The position numbers and the translations under genes are program-made. Below the pieces are notes generated by a model, which saw nothing but the letters and a program-made list of their open reading frames with translations, made no database searches and was not told the origin of the DNA. A stretch of 64,000 bases of DNA from Antedon mediterranea (lineage: Eukaryota > Animalia > Echinodermata). Positions within the stretch are counted from its first letter, which is position 1; every line of letters starts with the position of its first letter. The stretch lies in assembly GCF_964355755.1 (NCBI RefSeq), contig NC_092671.1, positions 6,448,001-6,512,000 on the forward strand, given 5' to 3'. This document shows positions 1 through 11,842 of the stretch, one piece after another.

Positions 1-288
1 ACGATATACCATCATAGCCACCGCAAGCGTAGACACGACCATCTAAAGACGCAACTCCAAGAGCACTACGCCTACTATTCATTTTCGATACATCCCACCA
101 TTCACCACTCAGCGAATCAAACACCTCCACCGTATCTAAACGAACACTGCCATCGTAACCACCAACTGCGTACATCTGACCGGATAACACTGTGACACCA
201 ACACGACTTCTTGGCGTTGACATAGACTTGCCTAAATGCCATGTGTTTGAAATCGGTTCAAAGAATTCAACAGTACGTAGTGACTCGC
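1..288 (-). CDS. KLHL18: KLHL18 coding exon 7 (Kelch repeats 1-3), truncated by the window edge
   Basis: Acceptor ttacAG|GC at 289-291, phase 1. Translates (G)ESLRTVEFFEPISNTWHLGKSMSTPRSRVGVTVLSGQMYAVGGYDGSVRLDTVEVFDSLSGEWWDVSKMNSRRSALGVASLDGRVYACGGYDGIS, with canonical Kelch GG/Y/W motifs. An alternative acceptor may extend the exon to 303. Confidence 0.95.
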
Positions 289-562
289 CTGTAAGGAAGG
301 GGTCTGATAAAAAAACACATTTTGCGTCAACTTTAAGAAATACAAGAGAATTGCTTACCTCAACGAAGAAAACAGTGAAGATTTCATGCAACAAGACACA
401 GCCATAAACAAGTACAAAAACACAGTACAGTAATATTATAGCTAAACACCTATAAACAACTACAGACAGCAAACAGAAATAGAAATAGTACAGTAGTATG
501 GAAGGTACTGTATATAATCAGGTCATTCTAGTTAAGAATAGTGACACTAGTGATTTACAAGA

Positions 563-807
563 AGAGAACAGGCATCAACCAAGCCCTGATTTTTCGGGTA
601 AATAAGCGTATGAATGTACAATTTTGCAGTATGCATATGCAAAGTTTAACACACCGAGTCGATTGACTGGCTGGTTGCCATAATGAAGTGATTCGGGAGC
701 TGGGGTTCGATTCTTGGATGCCTCCGTTTTTGTTTTAGGATCGGCATTACTACCCAATTCCCTTTTATGTTAGTGTCAAAACCAATCATGGTTGATGCCT
801 ATTCTCT
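563..807. mobile_element. ~245 bp MITE in KLHL18 intron 6
   Basis: 19-bp inverted repeats AGAGAACAGGCATCAACCA / TGGTTGATGCCTATTCTCT with 1 mismatch. No clean TSD. Confidence 0.6.
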
Positions 808-1747
808 AAAGGCAAGGACGGACTAGGCTGTTAGGTCTCTTTCTTATTGTTGATTAACATCTTTAGTCTGTGCTGCATGACCCTTACATAGATCAGGTCG
901 TGTTTTGTTGTACCAAACTATGTCTAGAAACACATCAAATTTGATTAATGCAAGTACCGAATCGTGAAATCAAAGTCATTACTAGTTAACTCATTATGGG
1001 TATTTTGTTAAAGTTATAAAGTAAAACGTTTTCGTATTAATGTTAAGTCAATGCTTTAGGCTTTCAATGCATGTACTGCAGTAGGGCAAACATTCAGAAT
1101 GTACTAACACGTAGGAAGATGATTAATCTGAAAAACAGTGTTGAGTTCAACTAATATTGAACATTAATGAAAACCAGTTCTACCAATTTGAAAATTACAA
1201 AATGATTGACATACTGTAATTACTTACCGTCTAATCATATATAAAGCATACATACATTTGCATTGATGTCATGTACAGGTCTGCCAACCATCACACGTAA
1301 TACGTGAAGACATATTAAGGTTCATTTTATACATGTTTTATCTCCCTGTCATTCCACCACCACATGCATGGCATAAAACGTTAGAAATTTGAAATGCTCT
1401 TTTTAAATTTTACAATTTTTTCATTATTAATATTTAATAATCAATTTGTACATATTTAAAATTCTTGTTGTTTATTGCTGTTTTCATTGTATGTCTACTG
1501 TTTATTGTTAATCATTTTGTAATATCAATTTTATTTGAGCACATTTTTTTAAATATTAACAGTTTTAGCAAACAGAATATGTTTATCATCAAATCTTGTT
1601 TTAATCATTCTGAATCTATATTTTTTATATAATTACATCTTACAAAGAAATAAATAAAAAAAAAAAAAAAAATAAATGAAATTGTTTAAAGACACTATAA
1701 ATAAAAAAATGTTTTGAATAATAGTGCTGCAAATTAGTAAACATTAC

Positions 1748-1884
1748 CTGCTTTTGTCAAGCCTCCAACAGCATAGATGACACCAGCAATGTCATTGCAA
1801 CATCGAGGCTTGGTTCGTGGACCTTGTAGCAAGGTACGACGTTCAGGCATTAGGTGGTAGTCTTTGGCTTCATCAACTAAATCT
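1748..1884 (-). CDS. KLHL18: KLHL18 coding exon 6 (end of BACK, start of Kelch 1)
   Basis: AG|A ... G|GTAAT, 137 nt. Translates [46 protein letters not shown], closely matching the KLHL18 segment [17 protein letters not shown]...RPRCC...IYAVGGL. Confidence 0.95.
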
Positions 1885-2145
1885 CTATGTGAACAAAAAT
1901 GAGTACCAGTACAATAACTATTTAAATTAATAATAGCTCTCCTATTCTCAATGTTATATAAATCAAAAGTTAAAATTATAATAACATGGTACAGTATAAA
2001 CTTAGTACACCAGCAGTGAAGTCAATGACGGCCATATGTCATCAGAAGAAGACAGCTACAAGAACATTAAGAAAGAAGTCTGTAACTCTACATTTCAACA
2101 TGGACTGTAACATTTTTTATATGTTTTTATGTTTACATTGCTTAC

Positions 2146-2306
2146 CTACAACGATGGCAAGATTTCACTAGGTCTTCTGTTGAAATTTTATCAGTTAGCA
2201 CTTGAGGTCGTATGAGAGGTAGACGAACGGTAGCTAGTAAATGTGGCATTAGAAGTCTTCTTTCTTCTAAACTATAACGAACCCAGTGTATTAAGGCATC
2301 AAAAAC
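2146..2306 (-). CDS. KLHL18: KLHL18 coding exon 5 (BACK domain)
   Basis: CAG|GTT ... AG|GTAAG, 161 nt. Translates VFDALIHWVRYSLEERRLLMPHLLATVRLPLIRPQVLTDKISTEDLVKSCHRC. Confidence 0.95.
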
Positions 2307-2634
2307 CTGCAAAAGACCAAGTTAATTCTTTTCAATTAGGCACATGGTTAAACTCTAAACACATTCCTATCTGGATCAACAAAGACAAATTTTATAAAAA
2401 CTACCAATAGTTTTAAAAACATTTCTCATAATCAAAGTTTTAACATTGTATATGTAATACGTAGTATAGAAATAAACTTAAAAGTTTCTTATTTCCACCT
2501 ATATATGTACATGGAAGATGAATATTTCAAGATCTGTGCTATGCAGCACATAGCTCTTCAAGCTATATGTATCCTATTGACAATAAAAAAATCTGGAATA
2601 TATAATTAAGTAAATTCTCAACTTAATAACTGAC

Positions 2635-2833
2635 CTGTTCTTCTCCAGTAACATTTAATTCATCACTGGTTAAGATCTCTTGTACTTCTTCCTGTGTTAA
2701 ACTCAAAAACTCTTCTGACCTGTACACGTCTGTAAAACGCTTTTGGATGTAACTACTGGCAGCGTTGAACAAATTACTACAAACCATTGTATCTGCAAAT
2801 CGCTTGATACCTAAACAATTATTTGGATGCAAC
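2635..2833 (-). CDS. KLHL18: KLHL18 coding exon 4 (BACK domain)
   Basis: CAG|G ... CAG|GTCAG, 199 nt. Translates LHPNNCLGIKRFADTMVCSNLFNAASSYIQKRFTDVYRSEEFLSLTQEEVQEILTSDELNVTGEEQ (lies within track ORF 2623..2958). Confidence 0.95.
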
Positions 2834-2935
2834 CTGTATAAGAATAAACAAAAACATGATCTGTAAAATGAATGTAATAAAAAGTATGTGGAAGAGAACA
2901 TTTCAAATGATTCTAAATTGATTTTTCTTTGGTGA

Positions 2936-3750
2936 CAACAAGAAAACCTCTTTGTCATTTCTTATTCTTTTGTAACATTAACAAGAAAACCTTTTTGCCA
3001 TTTCTCATACCTTTTCAACATTAACAAGAAAACCTCTTTACCATTTCTCATACTTTTGCAACATTAACAAATGAACATTTTTTTCCATTTCTTATTTTTT
3101 TGTAAAATTAACAAAAAAACTACTTTGCCATTTCTTATTCTTTTGTAACATTAACAAGAAAACCTCTTTGCCATTTCTTATTCATTTGTAACATTAACAA
3201 GAAAACCTCTTTGCAATTTCTTATTCTTTTGTAACATTAACAAGAAAAACTCTTTGCCATTTCTTATTCTTTGTAACATTAACAAGAAAAACTCTATGCC
3301 ATTTCTCATACTGTACTTTTGCAACATTAACAAGAACATTTTTTCCCATTTCTTATTTTTTTGTAAAATTAACAAGAAAACTACTTTGCCATTTCTTATT
3401 CCTTTATAACATTAACAAGAAAACCTCTTTGCCATTTCTTATTCCTTTATAACATTAACAAGAAAAACTCTCTGCCATTTCTTATTTTTTGTAACATATT
3501 AACAAAAAAATCTCTCTGCTATTTCTATTCTTTTGTAACATTAACAAGAAAACCTCTTTGCCATTTCTTATTCTTTTATAACATTAACAAGAAAAACTCT
3601 CTGCCATTTCTTATTTTTTGTTACATATTAACAAAAAAACCTTTCTGTTATTTCTATTCTTTTGTAACATTAACAAGAAAACCTCTTTGCCATTTCTTAT
3701 TCATTTGTAACATTAACAAGAAAACCTCTTTTCCATTTCTTATTCTTTTG
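2936..3750. repeat. Minisatellite, ~43-bp unit, ~19 copies
   Basis: Unit TTGCCATTTCTTATTCTTTTGTAACATTAACAAGAAAACCTCT repeated with variants, ending ~100 bp from the KLHL18 exon 4 acceptor. Confidence 0.92.
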
Positions 3751-6700
3751 TGGCATGAAAACCTCCCTGAGACACCAGAACATAAGAAAAACCAAAACTA
3801 ATCATTCTTCTCTGAAACCAACATTGTGGACATTGTTTCTAGACCAAGGATTATCTACATTACTTACTCCTTGCAAGATTGATCTAGATATGCCAAATAA
3901 CTATTTTTGAAGAACTGGATTCAATCAAGTTATTATGTGTAACTTTCTCTAATTGCGACATCAATGAGTTGCCATTTGTAGTTGTTACATTTCTTAATAT
4001 ATGAGGACTTCCATGTCAAGTCCTAGCCTGTAGGTCAACTACGATTGAAATTCCTTTTCTCAGAGGTAAGTAATAATGTAAATGGTAGCCATTTAATTTC
4101 AAAATTTAGGTTAATTAAGATGTTATATATAGACATGTGTCTTTCTACACTTGAACTGTAACTTCAGAAACAATATGACAACGTATTGTATATAAATTTG
4201 TTAAAATTATCTAGTAAGGTGGACAGTATAGTTTTGTATGGACAAAATAACTTGAGGTTAAAATTGGAAAGAATGATGAACAATGCAAATTTATATTTAT
4301 ATTTCTAATCTCTTCATAATTAATTGTTCATGTTGCAAAGAGGAAGAAATAAAGCCAGAATTAGAAATAACTGTTTTGATTCAATCCAGCTTTAAAATAA
4401 AAAATTCCAAAACTCTTTCATGTTCTGAAAAACAGAAAGTGAACTATAGATCTTTCAACTGATATAGGCCTACAGTAAGCTTCACTAGTCCGTCATAAAT
4501 AGTTCATGGACAAATGCTACAAACAACATACAGTAATATAAATAAAATAACATGATTATTTCAATACTTTAAACCTTTCATCCTCCATCATAGCTTTCAG
4601 ATTTAAATTTAATACCTAGGTATATATTAAAACGTCTCTAAAGGATATTCTAAAATGAGTCATTTTTAATTATAATATAATTAACTATTAACGTATAAAT
4701 TGTAATGACATCTGCCAGCAATGCAATAATACCTCTTGAGTATTTGTGAACACCAAATTACAAATATAGTTTTGATTAAAAACTCCCTTTGCAACTTGAA
4801 ATTAGAAGCTATATACAGTATAGAATATAAAACTTAGTGGAACGGTTTAAAGGTAAATGGAAGAAAAGTGGAAAAAGTGGAAGATATTGCAAGCATTAGC
4901 AAGAAGCAACGTACAGTACAGCTGCATTAAAGTTAAAAAAAGCGTTTAAACAGCGTTGAACACATCCTGGTTGATTGACCACCATTCGAGGGATATATTT
5001 AAAATCTAAAATCTGCAACAGTCTAACTATAAATCAGCAGACAGAACTAGTATGAGGAGATAAACCTGACCTCGTTTTATTTTCATACTAATAAAAAAAC
5101 TTTAAACCAAATCCAGGTCACCGTAGCAATTCAACAACGCACCAAGGACCGAAAAGCATCAACTTCATACCTTTTATTATAGAATACATTAATAAAGATC
5201 ATTTAGTTTGCACTTCAATCAGTTACATATTTAAATTCATCATTTCGTATCCTCCATTGGGAGTCTGCAATGTGACTTCTAATTTAGAATGTTTTGATTT
5301 GAACTCATCTTTAATTCTCAAATAGTCTTTTAAAAAAAGAAGTATAATTAAACAACAACACAGGGGATTGTATTATACTATCTTATTATCAATCATCCAC
5401 AAATAGAAAATAATAATTATTTCTTTAAATAAAAAATATTCATAGAAACAGTTTGATTGCTAAAGTAAGGTTTGGGATTCGCCGCGTATGTTTTCAACTT
5501 TTCAAATATTTTAAAATTAATACATTATTTCAATATAATTATATTGAAATAATAAGGGAAAAACATTTCAGCAAAAAAAGTGGGATAGATTATCAGTAAT
5601 AAAAAGATTGCTATGAGCAAAATACAGTGAAATACCAAAGACAAATTCTTAGTTGTGTTTGTATCTAGACTATAAACTGCCCATTATAATATCGCTCACT
5701 GATAATTTCAGGTGGAAAATATCAAAGTACTATATCGATACCTATTTAAAACAAAATGCTACTGCTGTGTTGGTGTAACAAGCACCCAGAAAAGAAGATA
5801 GGTGTTTTTATTTCTATATATTAGGATAGGGTTTGCAAACATAACATTGTGTTGGCTGAAGATTTAAAAAACCTGTTAAAATGTTTTTTATGTAACAACA
5901 AAGAAATTCATCATTTTGGAAATGTCAAAAAAAAAAAAAAGCAAAAATTTGTTTTTAAAGGGAAGGAAAAATGTATTCAGAGCATGGGGAATTACATTTT
6001 TTTCTTGATGACCTTTCATTTTACAGGTTTGAAGCATGTCTGGAAAAGATTATACTCTGATATTACTGTATGTTTTGATACTGAAAATGACACCTTTATA
6101 AACCAAAGTTACTTGATTATTTCCTATGAACAGTCACTATTGAACAAGTACAGTAAACAAACAAAAATATATAATAAAAAAAACACAAAATCGTTCTTCT
6201 TTCTAATTATGGTGGAAAAGACCAAAGTGGAATTTCACATCTTTTTAGATAAAAAAAAACCTACAAAAAAGTGTACAGTATTTTGATAACAGGGCTCCAA
6301 TAAAATTAGGTATCTACAGTATTATTGAATTACTTGTTCAGTTTAAAACTTTTAAATTGAGAGTGTGTTGTTTCTGTTTTTTCAGTCACAATTACCATGC
6401 TCATACATTAGACCATGTTCTGGTGAAACTTTTGATCAGAGGAAATAATTGAATTTTACACAACAATTTAACTACAAAACATTGGAGCATTATTACTGTA
6501 GCAGTGGATATAAAACAACCAATATAAATAATGGCATTTTGGCAGTGACAGTTGTTACACGTACAAGTTCTAACTATTACAAATTCAATTGAATTTACAG
6601 AGAGAAAACATAAACAATTGTTAAATGTAATGATACCTCAGAGGGCTGTTAACAAATAAATTAGAGTAAAAACAAATGGGATGAGGATAACAAAACTGTA

Positions 6701-8289
6701 ATAAATTCTGATTTGAAGTGATCTAATCACAAAAGGCATGAACCAGAAATATTTTATTGATGTTTGTTAACCGAGATAGATTGAAATGAAACAAATATCA
6801 TGGACAAAATTTTTTTATATAGATGTCTGTATGTTCAACCAAGATAAATAGGAATGAAGCAAATTGTCTATTGACCTTTTAGATGTAAATGAAAAAATAG
6901 TCTAATCAAGAGACAAAATGGAAACCTGGGAAACACTATAAAAAATGCTTTGCTGAAAAATTTGTTTTCTCTACACACACACTAGTGGTCACTAATTGGA
7001 AGGATATAGCAGTAAATGTCTTTAATTAGTGGCAAAACAAGGTGGAACTTTTTCAGAATGCAGAATTAGTATAAAAAACTTTTACCTCCTTATTCCAACA
7101 AAGCATTCACTCAAAGAAATCACTCAATAAACTTTGATTTTGGTATTTTAACTTAATCAAACTTTAAAACCATGTATTTGACATGAATAAACAATGAATG
7201 TATGAAAACCTATGCATTGTCTTTGCAAAAGAGCAACATTGTCAACGCTGTGCAACTTCTATACTTGGTTTTAAATACACACGTTTCAATTAATATTGTA
7301 CAAAAAGCAGTTTCTGTAAGCGTAACAATTTAAACTTGGTGAATGTAGTTTGTTCAAACAGGCACGTTTGCAATCAACGTCTACGTAGTGACATACATAT
7401 TAAGATTTGCCATCATTAACCTTTCTTTGATGTGCCAATGTACAAAAACACTATTAATTTTAGTTAAATTGCTCAATCTTCCGGCTGTAATCTGTACATT
7501 AATTTATTGGCATGTACCTTGTTCTCTACTTTATTTTGTTGTGATGTTGTATTGTATGTATGTACCTTTGATGGCGTAACCTTGCGTTTCATTTGGAAAA
7601 ATCAATAATAAAAACATGACAGCATTTTACAGTCCATGTTGGTGACTGACAATTATCAAATCATCTATATCTCAAATAATATTTCATGGAAAAGTACAGT
7701 ACATCTCAACAAAACTGTACCTATTAAATACTAAACATTTTTAAAATAAAAAATATTCAAATTTAGTAAATTAATAAATACAAACTTATACTGTAATAAG
7801 CAACAACAACATTTTTGTCTCTCAATTCTCAACACAGACTAATTTTATTTTAAAACTTTTTAAATAGATACAGTATTTTTGTTAAAAGAAGGTCTCAGCA
7901 ACAGAAGGTTGACTAACGCTATAAATACTGAATAGCATGTCCGGCTCGGAGCTCCGGTTGTCTCGTTCATTACCGGTTATCCACTTTACCTCGTAACCTA
8001 TATTGAAAACTTTGCAATGAAACTCAGGAATTCATAGTCATAAAAGCTACAACTGGTGACAACTTACTTACATCGTTTACATTGTAAATTTGTTTTTCCA
8101 ATAAATGTGAAAACGAAGAAATTGAATATTTAAGATGGAGATGGAGTAACCTGTTTTTAAGATTAATTAATAATAATGTCACTACAGTAGATTCAATAAT
8201 TTGATAAAGAAATAGGGTGGTTAAATCCTTTACAATGAACACACTCAGATCATCTGATTGATCTTGCCGACAGATAAAATCTTTGAATT

Positions 8290-8816
8290 TCTTACAACTT
8301 TGTGGCTCTGGCGCGGAGCGCAAAATAGTTTCCCCAAATTTGTTTTACTTGATTCATAAATATTATTATCTAAACTTTAGATTGATGACTTTTTTATTTT
8401 ACAAAAATTCGTCGCACATGAAAAAAAAACCGTTTGTTTTTACCCTACTTTTTAAGAGTTTTATATATGCTAATTAGTAATTAATTAGTCAAAATCTTAA
8501 AATTTCATCAAATTTTTTGAAACTTTACTAAATTATTGTCAAGATGCTAGTTAACGTAAGTGTAAAATATTAAAACGCTAGGTTGCTACGTTTGGCTTCC
8601 AGAGGCTGTTAAACTCAATGTAAATTATACACCAAAAAGTAACAAAATTGGCCGAAAATCGTTATTTTTCGATTTTCTCGAAAACTAAGCGATATTTTAC
8701 CAAACAATCTACACATCAGGTTTACTTACATCAAGGTCTACCAATGTGCAAAATATGAGCCAATTCGAAATTTTGACCCTTGCCACCTAATGTTTGATTT
8801 TTAGTGACTGGCTCTC
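8290..8816 (-). mobile_element. One-ended DNA-transposon fragment (TTAA-flanked; Kolobok/Sola3-like)
   Basis: The right end reads ...GACTGGCTCTC|TTAA (GAGAGCCAGTC terminus on the minus strand), with subterminal sequence typical of non-autonomous DNA transposons. No matching left TIR was found. Confidence 0.3.
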
Positions 8817-9898
8817 TTAAATACTCTTTCAAAAGATGCATAGGTTCTTTTAAAGTGCACACAAGGCACCCCTGGACATTTTAAAGTTCTTATCCGAGAT
8901 AAGTTTTCTTACCAACAGAGGAGCGCCTTCAATGATATTATGACTATAGTTGCAGTGCCCTGTCTTTGATGACTACAGGAAATGTACTTCTAAATAAGAA
9001 CAATCGGTTTAAACTAAAATGTTTAATGGCCAACTGAGACAAGTTTTACTTCTAGGTTGGTCCCCATTTTATGCTTTGTATTATTTGTATGGCATTTGAT
9101 GAAATAATTTGAATTTGAATTTGAAAAAGTTTTCAAATTAATCTGATCAAGGTTAAGGTGAACTTAAAAAATACCATATATCCCAACTTTTGGTAACAAG
9201 ATACTGTTGATATTTGAATATCTACTGTAGAAAAATAAAAATGTTTTTTTTCTGTTGTTAAAGAACTTTGAAATGAGAGAGATGTTGTCGAATAAAAACA
9301 TGATATGCTAGCTAAAATATCAATTTTAACTACTGTGGATAATGTTACAGTAATGACTTCTTAATATCTGATTACTACCACATAAATGTTGAAATGGCAA
9401 GAGGAAATGATGAGGAATCAAAAACTACTGTACGATAATTATCAACATAACATTACAAGGCCTATAATCTTGCTTTATATTGTTTTTTTTTCAGGTGTTT
9501 AGTAGTGTTGATATGTCTGCCTTGAGTGAAAATACTGATCTGGTTTGTTAGATTCAAATGTAAAAAAACAAAACGGTTTGTTTTAATATAATAATTACAT
9601 AATATATTATGTTTTACGATTATAGGCAACATCTTATAAGAGAAAGATGCTCTCCAGGTGGAATGCCATCCTGAGATGAGTAGTAGTAATTAGTACAGTA
9701 TTATTTATTTTTAATTAATTTATATGTAATTTTACTTTTTATGGACCAGATACAGTATTACGAAATAAAAGACTGAATGAATTATTATAATTCTATTTTG
9801 CCAATTGTTCATGATTTCATAAATAATTTCCCGAATTCTTAATCAGCACCAACCGCTGTGACCGTTGTTATTACTAAAATGATTTGCATAAAAATTAT

Positions 9899-10086
9899 AC
9901 AAAATTATTGTATAAACATATTTTGTGCCCTGTTTTCTAAAAATTTGGCTACACAACATACAGCACATCCAAATGTGTGTCAGAAAAACAAGACAAAATT
10001 ATTGTATAAAACATATTTTGTGCCCTGTTTTCTAAAAGTTTGGCTACACAACATACAGCACATCCAAATGTATGTCAGACAAACAG
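9899..10086. repeat. Tandem duplication of ~95 bp
   Basis: AAAATTATTGTATAAACATATTTTGTGCCCTGTTTTCTAAAA..TTTGGCTACACAACATACAGCACATCCAAATGT is present twice back to back. Confidence 0.85.
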
Positions 10087-11049
10087 AGGGACCATAAAAT
10101 GTTGTAAAGTCAAAGCAGAAAAGCTATCAATATTTTGCTATCTATATTAAAGCGTGTCAGTATAGCCTCTAGACAATACATTGATACTAGCTTACTATAC
10201 GACTTGTATTAATTGCAACAACTACCTACACTTTGAGGTATGTTCAGATAAAATGTAAACAGAACGACTTGACTGGCAACAGATGTTGCTTTTAAACGCA
10301 GTTGTTTCGAGAAAATGACTTTTATACAGGGGATGTTATTTAAAACATTCCACTTAAGCGCATAATTGTACAAACTTAACGTTTGCAATCAATTTTATTG
10401 TTTTGATTATTTTAATTGTAAATATTATTTCTTTAAAATTTAAATGTACAAATGGGTATTGCATGCTATTGAAAATAAATAAGTGTCAAATCTAGTGAGA
10501 GATTTTGTTTTATGAAATTATAAAAATTGTACAATTCTGTGTGATATTGAGAGAGCAGCGAGTCACTACCTGCTACCGGATGGAATGGATTAACGATACA
10601 CACACTATAAACGAAAAGGATATTTTTGTATGTGAATGTTTCAATGTCATATCTGGATACACTAATCATCATGCTCCATCAACAATTATTTATTCCACAT
10701 GGATAATGAAAATCAGTATTAACCATGTGAGCGGAATAATATGGGAATAACAACCTACAATCCTCTCCCTCTTTTTTTTTTATTGGCGATACTAGACGTA
10801 CCATTTATTTTGTATCACCAGAATATACAGTATTTCTTTTACAAGAATATTTCTATAAGTTTAATCTAAATCATAATGAACGGAAAACATGGTATTTGAT
10901 ACAAAATGGGTTATGCAACGAGTTGCATTGGTCTTTTAAGATAAAAAACCACAGTACATAAAAAAATGTTATTTGGAGCCAGTTTTATACTGTTATTTAA
11001 ATATAATCAGTGCATCTATTGGTTTTTATAAAAAAATGTATTTAATCGT

Positions 11050-11160
11050 CTTCGTCTGGTTAGTCCCTCAAAGGACCCACAGTAGCCATCAGGGCAGGGC
11101 CTACCCTGATGAGAAACATATCCCCTAACCTTTTTGAATAGTACCAAGTTCTTGTGCAGT
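11050..11160 (-). mobile_element. Possible DeuSINE-like fragment
   Basis: The minus strand GGTACTATTCAAAAAGGTTAGGGG resembles, from memory, the Deu-domain GGCACTATTCGAAGAAGAG.AGGGG. Short and diverged. Confidence 0.25.
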
Positions 11161-11464
11161 GTATGATTTAGAAGTTATAAATTAGGTCAAACTTATGATC
11201 ATTATGCACAACATGATCTGGAGCAAGCAGAGGCGTCAATGTTTTTATCATATTCCTACAGGTGACTGTAATAAACAGGAAACTCAGTTCATACAGTACA
11301 TATCACTTTCAATTTTAATAACTTGTTTAATGTTGAACACAATAATATTTATACACAACTACAGTAATACGTTTATAAAGTTATAAAATAAATTTAATAA
11401 AAAGAGTTTAATTTGATACTATGTAGAATACTTTCATTTATTTAATTGACATTTATATGAATTT

Positions 11465-11631
11465 AGCTTGGTTTTCACTTGGACGCAACGCAAGGACGTA
11501 ATTGCACCGCAAGTAATTTGACCAATCATGACGCGATGAATCACCCAACAGTCACTTTAAGCTTGACCGACATGGACATAATGCAACGACGGACGTAGGT
11601 GTACCGTAAGCGTTGAAGTGGAACCCAATCT
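11465..11631. mobile_element. Degenerate Harbinger/Tourist-like MITE
   Basis: Imperfect TIRs AGCTTGGTTTTCACTT / AAGTGGAACCCAATCT, with TTT/TTA flanks. Confidence 0.5.
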
Positions 11632-11842
11632 TTATAAACAGTTTTAAGTTCCTCCTAATGATTACTTTTTGAGATGCTTATTTGGATTTTTTAACAACAA
11701 AAGATTTCCAACAAAAACAAGTCTGACATATGTATCCAATGCTGATCAACTGAATTTGAATAAAATTGATCTCATCTAAAGCTCTGTCCCACTGTACACT
11801 ATTTAACTTGGCAAAAAAAATGTGATGTACCCAAATATGGTA

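Noticed and set aside
351-450. Strong minus-strand donor AG|GTAAGC at 358 suggesting an extra KLHL18 exon
   Set aside because: The available upstream acceptors give a stop codon or a phase mismatch, the resulting intron would be only 55-70 nt, and the protein is complete without it.
2936-3750. 43-bp repeats as CRISPR, or ORF 3178..3375 as a gene
   Set aside because: Head-to-tail minisatellite without spacers; the peptide is a repeat translation.
5849-6286. 145-aa ORF
   Set aside because: Non-ATG start, K/F-rich translation of AT-rich intron with a poly-A run, antisense within KLHL18 intron 3, and no recognisable domain.
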